NCBI GenBank assembly: GCA_951406725.2
Contig: OX597818.1
Coordinates: 60,698,001-60,762,000 of the forward strand
Direction of reading: 5' to 3'
DNA from: Octopus vulgaris
Taxonomy: Eukaryota
Length of the DNA: 64,000 bases
Part shown: one piece after another, positions 25,863-40,520 of the stretch
Layout of the letters: each line of letters opens with the position of its first letter
Numbering within the stretch: position 1 is the stretch's first letter
Position numbers and translations under genes: made by a program
Notes under the pieces: generated by a model
The model's database searches: none
What the model was told of the DNA's origin: nothing
The model's input: only the letters and a program-made list of their open reading frames with translations

Positions 25863-25948
25863 ATTTTCCTGAAGAGAAGGCTGCAAAATGGACTCCTTAT
25901 TCAATCCGAATTAGGGACTTTGCAGCCTTTGAAACATATGTAGAAAAT
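25863..25948 (+). ncRNA. Type I hammerhead ribozyme with extended stem II
   Basis: ATTTTC-CTGAAGA-GAAGGCTGCAAA...TTTGCAGCCTTT-GAAA-C ATAT G-TA^GAAAAT. Stem I is 6 bp, stem II is 12 bp around a 31-nt insert, stem III is the palindromic ACATATGT, and cleavage is predicted after 25942. Confidence 0.8.
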
Positions 25949-26271
25949 AATAAAAAGGAATTTTGTTAAATCTTCGTTCAGCTCCATTTCTTCCTACACT
26001 AAATATATAAAACTTCAAATTTCCGCACTAGGGCACGGATATTAGGCCCCATGGTCGTAACCTCAACCGTGATTTTCTGTTGTGATTTTTGCTACCCAGG
26101 TATCGGTTATCATTTGAATAATCCGTAATAAGATAATTCATTTATCTACTTCAATATATATATATATATATATATATGTAGGGAGAATTCACGAAAAAAA
26201 ACAAAAGACGAAGACAGGTAGTGTACTTAACAAACAGATGTATTAGTATAACGCTCAGGAATAGAAAAAGT

Positions 26272-26307
26272 CTTTTACGTTTCGAGCCTACGCTCTTCTA
26301 CAGAAAG
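26272..26307 (-). ncRNA. Minimal HHR-like motif with CUGUAGA core, in a PLE-like repeat (about 26178-26362)
   Basis: CTTT-CTGTAGA-A-GAGC gtag GCTC-GAAACGTA^AAAG. Confidence 0.55.
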
Positions 26308-26365
26308 GGACACAGAAAAAACAAGGAGAGAACAAAATGTGTGTAGTGGCTAATGATCTATGTGT

Positions 26366-26409
<44 letters not shown>

Positions 26410-26651
26410 GTTGCAAGGATCTTTTCCTAGTAAAAATTAATTTGATAGACTGCTTAAAAACATGAGTGATTCTTCAATTAATGTTCGGTTGGATTTTATA
26501 ACTTTACATGAAAATTAGACATTAATATGTTTACACACGTACACACATAGACACACAACATATATACGGGGAGGGTGTCTGCATACGTCATGCTGGATGG
26601 ATGTTTCAGTCTCTCTCTCTCTCTCTCTCTGCACACACATACACACACATA

Positions 26652-27207
26652 TATTCTTTTCTACTCTAGGCACAAGGCCCGATATTTCGGGGAAGGAGCC
26701 AGTCAATTAGATCGACCCAAGTACGCAACTGGTACTTAATTTATCGACCCTGAAAGGGTGAAAGGCAAAGTTGACCTGGGCGGAATTTGAACTCAGAACA
26801 TAAAGAGAGACAAAATACCTATTTCTTTACTACCCACAAGGGGCTAAACATAGAGGGGACAAACAAGGACAGACAAAGGGATTAAGTCGATTACATCGAC
26901 CCCAGTGCGTAACTGGTACTTATTTAATCGACCCCGAAAGGATGAAAGGCAAAGTCAACCTCGGCGGAATTTGAACTCAGAACGTAGCGGCAGACGAAAT
27001 ACCTATTTCTTTACTACCCACAAGGGGCTAAACATAGAGGGGATAAACAAGGACAGACAAAGGGATTAAGTCGGTTACATCGACCCCAGTGCGTAACTGG
27101 CACTTATTACATCGACCCCGAAAGGATGAAAGGCAAAGTCAACCGCGGCGGAATTTGAACTCAGAACGCAGCGGCAGACGAAATACTGCTAAGCATTTCG
27201 CCCGGCT
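26652..27207 (-). mobile_element. SINE family A trimer
   Basis: Three bodies; the distal one carries the alternative tail. Confidence 0.88.
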
Positions 27208-27251
27208 TATATATATACACATAAATACACACACACACATACACACACACA

Positions 27252-27300
<49 letters not shown>

Positions 27301-27589
27301 AATATGCATGTATATAATATATGCATCTACGTATAGCGTTATATTTTATAGTGTGTGTGTGTCTCTTCCCATGAGTATAATTTAGTTGTGCGCATTGAAG
27401 TGCATACGACTTTATAAAGAGGCGTATAGGATCCGGAGCGGAGTTCTGTATATTGGCGTGAATGTGAATATAACTATAAAACAAGTATGTCCCGTATAAT
27501 TAGATTAGTACGGAAAATGGGATATTTCTTTTCAGTTAAGTCAGAACTACACGCAGGCGCGCACACACACATGTTTATGATATGAAGGA

Positions 27590-27645
27590 GTATATATATA
27601 TATATATATACATAAGCCATGCTGAATCTGAGTGTCTATCTATCA

Positions 27646-27699
<54 letters not shown>

Positions 27700-27899
27700 A
27701 TTTCTATATATACACATACGTATATATGTAAATATATTTGTATTTATATATGTATATACACACACACACACACAAACACACACATATATACTTCTAGATG
27801 TTTAAATATGTATATATACATTTTCGTATATACGGATTAAAAATCTATGTGTGTATATGTTTGTATTTATATGTACGTATATATATGCATATATGTATA

Positions 27900-27933
<34 letters not shown>

Positions 27934-28097
27934 CACACACATATATATACATATATATATACATATATATATGTATGTATGTATATATATCAGCGTTTGT
28001 GCGCATGTTTGTGCGATGAGTGTGTATGTATATGAGAATGTATGTGTAAACATTCATATCTAAACACATACAGATATATATATATATATACATGTGT

Positions 28098-28168
<71 letters not shown>

Positions 28169-28468
28169 GCTCTAATGTTCAGAGGCAGAAGAGAAGCATT
28201 ACTGTTGCCTCCATCGTGTGTAAGAATAACTTTTCTGTAAATTTAGGTTTTCCTTAATATTCTAATTTTCTGAGCTCTGCCTCTATGCATAATACATGCA
28301 TGCATGCATGCATGCATACATACATACATACATACATACATACATACATACATACATACATGCATGCATGCATCCTTACATACATTCATATGTATGTGTG
28401 CATGCACGTATACATGTGTGCATGTATGTATGTACATGCGTATAATTATACCTATATGTGTATACATG

Positions 28469-28533
<65 letters not shown>

Positions 28534-28596
28534 CAATTGTAGTTTGTATTTTATTTTACATATATATATAGCGGCGTACGTACACTTTGTTTCTCT

Positions 28597-28637
<41 letters not shown>

Positions 28638-28790
28638 ATGTGTGTGTGTGAGTGTGTGTGTGTGTGTATATAAATATACATACATATATGTATAAATATG
28701 CATATATTTACGTATACATGTATGTATATAAATATACATATATATATATATGTCTGTACGTACATACTTACATGTACATATACCACCGCA
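27590..28790. repeat. Compound TATC/TA/CA/TACA microsatellite region
   Basis: Seen directly. Confidence 0.9.
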
Positions 28791-29269
28791 TGCACCCCCT
28801 GTACGATTATTCGTTATTTAATATATATAAAACCGTTCGTAAACATATTTATATACATAGTTTTAACACATGTCAAAATATCACTTGTATTAGACTCACG
28901 CCAGCTAAACTGATCTATTCCTAGAATTTTCTTGATTTATGAAAGCATTTATGGTTTCCACACGGAGACCATTAAAAATGTGATGTCTCAAAATACCAGA
29001 ACGTATTATTGCAACATCCAAAACATATCATTTACTTGAGAGCTGTTTAGTCAGAAATGGAAAGGTGGGTATGGAAGATCTGATAGTATCTAAATGATTT
29101 TGCCTTTAATGATTGGTTGAGTGTTCCATAGCCTAAAAGAAATCTACCAATATAATGGAAGGTCTCGATTACAGCCTTAAGCGCTGCCCCATTAAAGGAA
29201 CGCAAATAAACCATTATGTTTTTAACACTTACCCATTGTACATAAGCTCTCAAATGTATTTGAGCGAAA

Positions 29270-29985
29270 CTGCCTAACAATTCTGATGAATTTTTCATTG
29301 AGCCGAACTTTCCTATAATCTTCCAAAACCTTTCACGACTGACGGCATGAAAGGCCTTGGTTAGATCAACATACGATGTGTATAGACACCTGCTCTATTC
29401 TTGGAACTTTTGAAGCCATTTGCGTTCCTTTAATGGGGCAGTGCTTAAGACTGCTATCGAGACCTCATGGTCTTCCATTATATTGGTAGATTTCTTTTAG
29501 GCTTTCTTGAAGCCATACTGAGTCCCTGGCAGATAACCGTCTTACATGTGCAGAGAGAGTCCTCGAGGTTAACGAGGACTCTTGCGAGTGTCTTCCCAGC
29601 AATGACAAGGAGAGAAATTCCTCGGTGGTTGTCACAGGACTCCCTGTTTCCCTTCCTCTTATAAAGATGGACAATAGAAGCGGCGAGCTGGCACAAACGT
29701 TAGCACGCCGGGCGAAATGGTTAGCAGTATTTCGTCTGCCGCTACGTTCTGAGTTCAAATTCCGCCGAAGTCGACTTTGCCTTTCATTCTTTCGGGGTCG
29801 ACAAATTAAGTACCAGTTACGCACTGGGGTCGATGTAATCGACTTAATACCGTTGTCTGTCCTTGTTTGTCCCTTCTAAGTTAAGCCCCTTGTGGGCAAT
29901 ACAGAAAAAAATAGAAGCGTCCTTGAGCTCTTAAGGAACAAATTCCTCTTGCCACATTGTCCGAAAGAAATATGCGAGCTAACCT
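29270..29985 (-). mobile_element. RTE-clade RT N-terminal fragment, interrupted by SINE A and rearranged
   Basis: FRTMWQEEFVP*ELKDASI | VHLYKRKGNRESCDNHRGISLLVIAGKTLARVL ... YVDLTKAFHAVSRERFWKIIGKFG..EKFIRIVRQF. Confidence 0.88.
29679..29908 (+). mobile_element. SINE family A monomer nested in the RTE fragment
   Basis: AATAGAAGCG is duplicated at both ends, and the RTE frame resumes across the insertion. Confidence 0.92.
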
Positions 29986-30303
29986 TGTGATGTCTGGGTC
30001 CGGTGATTATCGATCACCACTGGCACGTTGCTTTCACGATCAGGCTGTTCCGTTGATCGGATCAACAGTAACCCTCGTCGTCGTAACCGACAGAGTGCTA
30101 CGACAACGAAATGTAATTTTGTAATCCAGAGTATACAAACTGAAGATTTCGAACTACTTGTCTATAATTATTATCTTCTTCTCTGATTTTCGACTCAAGC
30201 ACATGAACACATTACATACACACGTCATCTGTGTGTGATGATCCTTGATGCATTAAATCTTGTTATCAGCATTTTATGAATTCCCTGCCTCTCCCCCTCT
30301 TTC

Positions 30304-30535
30304 TTATTTCTTTATTACCCACAAGGGTCTAAACATAGAGAGGACAAACAAGGACAGACAAACGGATTAAGTCGATTACATCGACCCCAGTGCGTAACTG
30401 GTACTTAATTTATCGACCCCGAAATGATGAAAGACAAAGTCGACCTCGGCGGAATTTGAACTCAGAACGTAAAGACAGACGAAATACTACTAAGCATTTC
30501 GCCCGGCGCGCTAACGTTTCTGTCAGCTCGCTCAC
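30304..30535 (-). mobile_element. SINE family A monomer
   Basis: Reverse complement of the consensus. Confidence 0.88.
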
Positions 30536-30847
30536 CTCTCTCCCTCTTTCTCTACCTGACACACACACACGCATATACGATCTCAAACTGGTTCTTTTCC
30601 TTAGTGTTCTCGATGTTTCGGTCATCTTTCTTACCAGTGCATTTCCTCGACACACAGCTCTGGGAACGATCGACATGTTTCTCAGCAATTGCTCTCTGTG
30701 TTTAACTGTCATTGTGGATTGCGTCAATGACAGCCTTTTGGACAACAATCACCTCAAATATATTGAACATGAGAGTAAAACCTACCTCTTCATCGGGTTT
30801 AAGAGTGGATTTGGAAGATAGAAACTGTAAGAAGCATGTGGTATATT

Positions 30848-31760
30848 ACTCTTTTACTTGTTTCAGTTATTTGACTGCGGCCATGCAGAAGCACCGCCTT
30901 TAGTCGAGCAAATCCACCCCAAGACTTATTCTTTGTAAGCCTAGTACTTATTCTATCCGTCTCTTTTGCCGAACCGCTAGGCTACGGGGACGTAAACACA
31001 CCAGCATCGGTTGTCAAGCAATGTTGGGTGCACACACACATATATATACGACGGGCTTCTTTCAGTTTCTGTCTACCAAATCCACTCAGAAGGCTTTGGT
31101 CGGCCCGAGGTTATAGTAGAAGACACTTGCCCAAGGTGCCACGCAGTGGGACTGAACCCGGAACCATGTGGTTGGTAAGTAAGCTACTTACCACACAGCC
31201 ACTCCTACGCCTATATAGATATAAGAAGACCTTCGTAAATGTATATATTCTATATGTGTCTTTGTGTCCGTGTTTCTCCTCCGTCACCGAGTGACAACCG
31301 GTGTTGGTGTGATTACGTTCTCGTAACTTAGCGGTTCGGCTACTAAGTGCCAGGTTTTATAAAATAATAATGCGATCGATTCGTACAACTAAAATTTCTT
31401 AAGGCAGTGCTACAGCCTGGCCGCAATCTAATGACCAAAACAAATAAACGATATAAAAGAAAACAAATGAAATCATATGAAATCATGCAAACGTATTGAC
31501 TTGATGGAAACAGTGTGGAAGCCCTTCACTTACACATGTGGGAGTTTGCCATTGAATTCCCCATCACCACCACCACTACCGCTTGACAGCCGGTGTTAAT
31601 ATCTTTACGTCCCTGTCACATAGCGGTTCAGCAAAAGGCACCCGATAGAACAATTACCAGATTTACAAAAGCTAAACATTTTTTTTTTAATGGATTGACT
31701 TATTCCACAAAGCCCTTTCACGACGATGCCCCAGCATGGCCGCAGTCCAATGACAAAAAA
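30848..31760. mobile_element. SINE family B cluster (30848-31211 minus; older 3' halves at 31250-31460 and 31570-31760 plus)
   Basis: Family B motifs GTAACTTAGCGGTTCGGC and CCAGCATGGCCGCAGTC. Confidence 0.8.
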
Positions 31761-32053
31761 TAAATTTTAATAAGTGTAAAAACAATAACACAATACAGTT
31801 TGAGTTCTTTTATTGGTTTCGTTTTATTTTTCTGTATGTTTTTCTTTTGTCTTTTTGTTTTGTTTTGTTGTTGTTTTTTCTTCTTTTTCTGATACAATCA
31901 AAATTCGCAGAATTTTCGTTTTTTTTTTTCGTATATTTATTAGTCAACAACAATCATTCTGGAAATTAGTGGAGACTGTTCACCGACTCATGCGATGAAC
32001 TCCTGCCATATCCATTGTGTATAAGAATAATAGCTTTTTATGAATATACACAC

Positions 32054-32084
<31 letters not shown>

Positions 32085-32239
32085 CATATATTATTTATTT
32101 ATTTATTTATTTATTTGTGTGTTTCTTTAATATTTCTAATTTACTGAGACGACGCGCAATTATGTTCACACATTTGTGTATGTCAGGCATGCTTGTGCGT
32201 GATGAGGATTTGCAAGCACTTAAAAAATAAGAAAAGCAT

Positions 32240-33775
<1,536 letters not shown>

Positions 33776-34224
33776 AATTCTGGCCTACGCACGTCTGTTC
33801 GATGGCGCACAGTTCTCTGTGACTTTGATTGTAACGAACGTCAGAAGAGAAATTAAAATCCTCCTTCTCTATCTACACTTATTTTTAGACTCCAACTTAT
33901 TAAATACTCTCCAAACAATCAATACCCCGCCAGTTTACCTCTCGAAATGTCAACCTCTATTTATATATTTTGTTTACGTATTCCACTTTACAGCATCACG
34001 TAGAAAAATAATTTTCAAGAACGGAGAACAAGAAAAAAAAAAAAAAAAAATACACAAAATTGATAAAAAAAAATATGAAGAAGACCGAACCAAAATATAA
34101 TGATAATACAGAATATCAAAGAATATCAGAATCAAATTCTTTACAAGAGATATAAAGCTACGTATTTAAACACTTGTAGTTATGAAATCAGTCCTGTGTC
34201 TGTAAACACAGACATATAAATATA

Positions 34225-34280
<56 letters not shown>

Positions 34281-34304
34281 ATGCATACATACTTACATAC
34301 AGAC

Positions 34305-34347
<43 letters not shown>

Positions 34348-34898
34348 TGTATGTATCTATATATACAGAGACACAGATATTTTAAATACCTATAGATCTG
34401 TATATGTAGATAAAATATAAAGATATTTATGTAGATAAATACACATATATGTGAATGTGTGTGTATATGGTTGTGTGTGCATGTGTGTGTGTGTGCATGC
34501 GTGTGTGTCTGTGTCTGTGTATATGTGAGTGTGTGGGAAGCAGGAGAGAGGCGTGAGAGAGAGAAACAGAGATAGAATGCTATCACATCAATTGTCTCAC
34601 AAACCAAATACAAAGAAACGAAATATATGTATTATATAATATTATATAACACAATATACGTGCATACTTCTATGCATGTATATCTCGTGTATATGTGTGT
34701 GTATATGTCTGTGTGTGTGTGTGTTGACGTATTTAAATGCAGTCAACATTACGTAAACTCTCAATTTCTTGGCTCTACGAAGCCAAAAGTCAGGACGCAC
34801 GTGACTTAACAAAGCATTTTGATTAATACACTTATATTTGTCCAGGCGCTCCGCGAGCTCAATTTTAGTCGCTGATATTAAGTGTTTTGGTGGTTTAA

Positions 34899-36049
34899 GG
34901 CGCCGCGCTGGCAGAACCGTTAGCACGCCGGGCGAAATACGTAGCCGTATTTCGTCTGCCGTTACGTTGTGAGTTCAAATTACGCCGAGGTCGACTTTGC
35001 CTTTCATCTTTTCGGGGTCGATAAATTAAGTACCAGTTTAGCACTAGGATCGATGTAATCGACTTAATCCGTTTGTCTGTCCTTGTTTGTCCCCTCTGTG
35101 TTTAGCCCCTTTTGGGTAGTAAAGAAATAGGTATTTCGTCTGTCTTCATGTTCTGAGTTCAAATTCCGCCGAGGTCGACTTTGCTTTCATCCTTTCGGGG
35201 TCGGTAAATTAAGTTCCAGTTAAGCACTGGGGTCGATGTAATCGGCTTAATCCCTTTGTCTGTCCTTGTTTGTCCCCTCTACATTTATCCCCTTGTGGGT
35301 AGTAAAGAAATTGGTATTTCGTCTGCCGTTACGTACTGAGTTCAAATTCCGCCGAGGTCGACTTTGCCTTTCATCCTTTCGGGGTCGATAAATTAAGTAC
35401 CAGTTAAGCACTGAGGTCGATATAATCGACTTAATCCGTTTGTCTGTCCTTGTTTGTCCCCTCTACGTTTAGCCTCTTGTGGGTAGTAAAGAAATTGGTA
35501 TTTCGACTGCCGTTACGTACCGAGTTCAAATTCCGCCGAGGTCGACTTTGCCTTTCATCCTTTCGGGGTCGATAAATTAAGTACCAGTTAAGCACTGGGG
35601 TCGATGTAATCGGCTTAATCCGTTTGTCTGTCCTTGTTTGTCCGCTCTGTGTTTAGCCCCTTGTGGGCAGTAAAGAAATAAGTATTTCGTCTGCCGTTAC
35701 GTTCTGAGTTCAAATTCCGCCGGAGGTCGACTTTGCCTTTCATCCTTTCGGGGTCGATTAAATAATTACCAGTTGAGCACTGGGGTCGATGTAATCGACT
35801 TAATCCCTTCGTCTGTCCTTGTTTGTCCCCTCTGTGTTTAGCCCCTTGTGGGTAGTAAAGAAATAGGTATTTCGTCTGCCGCTACGTTCTGAGTTCAAAT
35901 TCCGCCGAGGTCGACTTTGCCTTTCATCCTTTCGGGGTCGATAAATTAAGTACCAGTTAAGCACTGGGGTCGATGTAATCGACTTAATCCCTTTGTCTGT
36001 CCTTGTTTGTCCCTTCTGTGTTTAGCCCCTTGTGGGTTGTAAAGAAATA
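34899..36049 (+). mobile_element. SINE family A hexamer: one head plus six bodies of about 184 bp inside one TSD
   Basis: Units restart at GTATTTCG near 34947, 35131, 35314, 35498, 35682 and 35867. Flanks are TATTAAGTGTTTTGGTGGTT and TATTAACTGTTTTAGTGGTT. Confidence 0.93.
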
Positions 36050-36370
36050 TGTATTAACTGTTTTAGTGGTTAGAAACTCTCGAGAGAGATAGACAGGAGA
36101 AGTTCCTTTGAGAAGTAACTAACCCCTCAGATAAGTGTTTTGGCCCTTAGCCTATAACACTCTAAGGGGTGCCCTTCTGCTGAAATTTACTTTTTAGCCA
36201 CCCGGATATCGGAGACTTGTGCAACTAAACTACTTGGAGATTTTATCTAATTTTGATTTCTCTCCGTTGACTCAGCTTACAAAACTTATATTTAAAGAAG
36301 AAAGAACGTTAGTTGTCATGGTTGCAGTGAAATACATCACTCAAAATTACTTCCATTAAAACGAAAATAT

Positions 36371-37047
36371 TTATTTCTATTGTAAGCACAAGGCCTTGAA
36401 AATTTTGGGTGTAGGGGGCAAGTCGATCAGATCGAACCCAGGTCGTAACTGATACTTATTTCATCGACCCCGAAAGGATGAAAGGCAAATTCAACCTCAG
36501 CGGAATTTAAACTCAGAACGTAAAAACAGACGAAATACTGCTGAGCATTTCGGCCGGCGTGCTAACGTTTCTGCCGGCTAGCCGCCTTTTAAAGCAAAAA
36601 TATTCTTTTCTACTCTAGGTATACGGCCCGAAATTTGTGGAGAGGTGGCCAGTCGATTAGATCGACCCCAGTGCGTAACTGGTACTTATTTAAACGGCCC
36701 CGAAAGGATGAAAGGCAAAGTAAACCTCAGCGGTATTTAAATCTCAGAACATAAAGACAGACGAAATACCGCTAAACATTTCGCCCAGCGTGTAAACGTT
36801 TCTGCCAGCTCGCCGCCTTTAAAATTAAATGTTTTACAATTCTAACCCCACTGTCCGAAAATTTTTGGGAGGGGGCCAGTCGATTACATCGACTCCAGAA
36901 AGCAGCTGGTACCTAATTTATCGACCCCCGAAAAGGTAAAAGGCAAAGTCGACCTCGAAGGAATTTGAACTCAGAACGTAAAGACAGACGAAATACCGCT
37001 AAATATTTCACCCGGCGTGATAATGTTTATGTCATCTCGCCGCCTTT
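36371..37047 (-). mobile_element. Three head-to-tail full SINE A monomers with the alternative tail
   Basis: Each unit has its own head (GCCGCC near 36587, 36817 and 37044) and a CCCC...AAATTT..GGCC-type tail. Confidence 0.85.
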
Positions 37048-37444
37048 AATACAAAAATATTGCCTTCAAACGGTATGGTGGTCGTTTTTTGTTCGTCCTT
37101 GACCAGGTCCTGCTGGAATATCTCTCCACTCTTACGTTGGTTTTAGGGCCTTGGTTCTGTTCATTCTTAACATATACTATTCCGACCAAGCGGTCCATGA
37201 GAGCAACTCAGTCGCATGCATTCGCTGTTTTAAGATCAAGCCGTGCTTTAAAAGTTGATCGAGTTATCTCCCTTAGGTATCTCCAACTGAGGAAGGTTAT
37301 ATAGTCAGAAACACGTCTGGGAGACCACTGAGCGGGGGCGGGGAAGATACTGTACAGATATTGTGTTTTTACGCCTTTTACCAAAAGCGAGAACATTTTC
37401 TCCGTCGTAATTTACGTTAAGAAGTTTTTTTTAACTAGCTTAAC

Positions 37445-38513
37445 GTTTACACACACACACACACAAACACACACACATACACACACACAGAGGCATAAGC
37501 ACACAAATACACACGCACATACACAAACATACACATATACTCACACACACACGCACACATACATATACACACGCACACACACATATACACGCACACATAC
37601 ATATACACACGCACACATACATATACACACGCACACATACACACGCACCTAGACAACACATGCACACACGCACACACATATACACACATACGCGCGCACA
37701 CACACATACACACATAAATACACACGCACACATACACAGAAACACACAATCACACACACAAGCACACACACACACATAGACACACACAAGCACACACACA
37801 CACATACACACAAACACACACTCACACACACAAGCACACACACGCACACACTCATACACACACAAACACACACACACACACACGCATACACACACAAGCA
37901 CACACACACATATAAGTATATTATTTTTTTACTTGTTTCAGCAAACAATCCTTCTTTTTAAGTCAGGTACATATTGTATCCGACTTTTGCCGATCCGCTA
38001 GGTTACGGGGATGTCAACACACCAACACTGGTTTGTCAAGCATTGGCGAAGACAAGCATCGACACAAAAAGGCACGCACACACACATGTATACATACACA
38101 CATTCACACACATACGTACATACATACATACGTACATACGTACGCGTGTGTATATATGTGTGTGTAAGTGTGTATGTGTGTATGTATGTGTGTATGTATG
38201 TGTATAGGTGTGTATATGTCTGTGTATCTGTGTATGCGTATGTGTGTATATGTGCACGTGTATGTGTGTATATGTGCATGTGTATGTGTGTGCGTATGTG
38301 TGTGCGTATGTGTGTGTGTATGTGTATGTGTGTGTATATGTCTGTGTATCTGTGTATGTGTATGTGTGTATGTGCATGTTGCGTGTATGTGTCTATGTGT
38401 GTGTGTGTGTGTGTGTGTATGTGTGTGTGTATGTATGTGTATGTGTGTGTATATGTCTGTGTATCTGTGTATGTGTATGTTGCGTGTATGTGTCTATGTG
38501 TGTGTGTGTGTGT

Positions 38514-38548
<35 letters not shown>
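37445..38548. repeat. (CA)-rich block and (TG)-rich block in opposite orientation, around and inside a SINE B remnant (37925-38600, minus)
   Basis: Seen directly. Confidence 0.85.
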
Positions 38549-38550
<2 letters not shown>

Positions 38551-38783
38551 GAGTGGGACTGAACCCCGAACTTTGAGGTTGCGAAGCAAACTTCTTACCA
38601 CATATTGTTTATGTTACCCATGGTTTTTGCTGTTGGTATTGTGGTTGACCGATTTTAGCACACACCCCCTCACTTTGCAAAGGCAGGAAGGACAGTAGAA
38701 GGTTTTCAGTCGAGCGTGACAGTTTGCGTAGGGGCATAGTTTGGTCCTCACCTAGAGAAGTCTTGGTACATCTGGGAAGATGT

Positions 38784-39192
38784 GTTTCTTTATTAGCCAC
38801 ACAGGGCTGCACACAGACGGGACAGATTACAAAGTAGAGCTTTTCTTTTTGAGGAGAAAAAAAGGTGGGTTAGGTTTCGATCAAAAGGGAAAGAAAAAAA
38901 AGAAAATGAAAAAAACGATCAATAGGGATCGTGTATCATAGAAATCTCATGATGTAAAGTGTAAAGGCGGAAGCAGATAGGGTTTATCCGTGGAAAGAAA
39001 AGCCTACGGAAAAGACCACGGTAACCTCGGTCAATAATGTTACATGTTACCACATTTGTTTGCAAGTAGGTAACCGCCTCTGTTTTAAATTTTTCCGGGT
39101 TCATAGGATTATGCTCAAGGTGGCTTCGTCATCCATACGTGCCATCCTTGCTACATTCACCCATCTTCTTTTCAAACATTCGCTAGACATCC
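38784..39192 (-). mobile_element. Tx1/L1-like LINE 3' end (last ORF2 codons plus 3' UTR)
   Basis: SSECLKRRWVNVARMARMDDEATLSIIL* (stop at 39101-39103), a T-rich 3' UTR, and the terminal CCCGTCTGTGTGCAGCCCTGTGTGGCTAATAAAGAAAC. Confidence 0.65.
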
Positions 39193-39509
39193 ATGGGACG
39201 ACACGCTAAACCGTTCGACTGTAACCCTGCGTGTTACAGATCTGTTTTACAGGAGCTGTTCTGCGGCTACAGAACACCAACAAAATCGATTAACGGAACA
39301 GTTACAGAGCCGCTTAACATGCTAGAAATAACAACCAAATTTCACTAAAATGTTAAAGATTAACGTCTTATAAAAGCAAGATTAAAGCATTTTTGAGCAG
39401 AAGTGAAACAAAACAAAACTAACGCCAAACCGTACTTATATTATTGAACGGTCTATGACGTAAGAGGCAGCCGAGTTGGACAGAAATTAAATTCAGAATG
39501 AATAATAAA

Positions 39510-39592
<83 letters not shown>

Positions 39593-40012
39593 TTGTAATG
39601 ATTAAATGTCTAAATGTCGGCGATAAATTGTAAAGTTTATAATCTTTCACATTCTTAACGATGTATTTTGAGAGGGAAGACACTTTTTTTCTTTTTGCAG
39701 TAATTTCATTAAGACTACATTCCGACAGGTTTGACCTCCGACCGTCATCAGGTTTTATTCTTCCACATTAATACGTACGTATATACTTATATACATATTT
39801 TACACACACTCACACACACATACACACACACACGTGTGTGTATATATGTGTGTGTGTGTGTAAATTATATATATACACGCAATATCAATATATATCAATA
39901 TATCAAAATTTATGCATATATATATATATATATATATATATGCGTTTGCGTATAGACCTATATGTATACATATTTATATGTGTGTGTGTGTACAACCATC
40001 TATATATATATA

Positions 40013-40078
<66 letters not shown>

Positions 40079-40340
40079 TATGTATGTATGTATGCAGTTA
40101 AAATTGTTTTTATAAGCGTAAAACAGACAACATTAGCTGAATATGGAGGAGTGACTATAAATGTATCGTCAGACATTTTTGATAATAATTTTATTGATTT
40201 CAAAGTTTCTCTGATCGTCGACCTCGGCTGTCGGACGAGGCTGAGAATCCTTGAAATGTCGAAGTCACTTTCGTAAGAAATCTTTAGATACATACATACA
40301 TACATTCACACATACATACATACATACATACATACATACA

Positions 40341-40374
<34 letters not shown>

Positions 40375-40520
40375 CATACATATATATACATACATACATA
40401 CATACATACATACATACATACATACATACATACATACATACATACATACATACATACATACATACATACATACATACATACATACATACATACATACATA
40501 CATACATACATACATACATA

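Larger units (their letters stand above)
25577..26001. repeat. Long inverted repeat (191-bp arms, 43-bp spacer) flanked by (TA)n; PLE terminal-repeat-like
   Basis: 25577-25767 is the reverse complement of 25811-26001, with one mismatch seen. A unique extension runs to about 26152, then (TA)n. Confidence 0.95.

Noticed and set aside
34899-36049. CRISPR-like regular array
   Set aside because: Units are whole near-identical SINE bodies of about 184 bp with no unique spacers; eukaryotic context and no cas genes.
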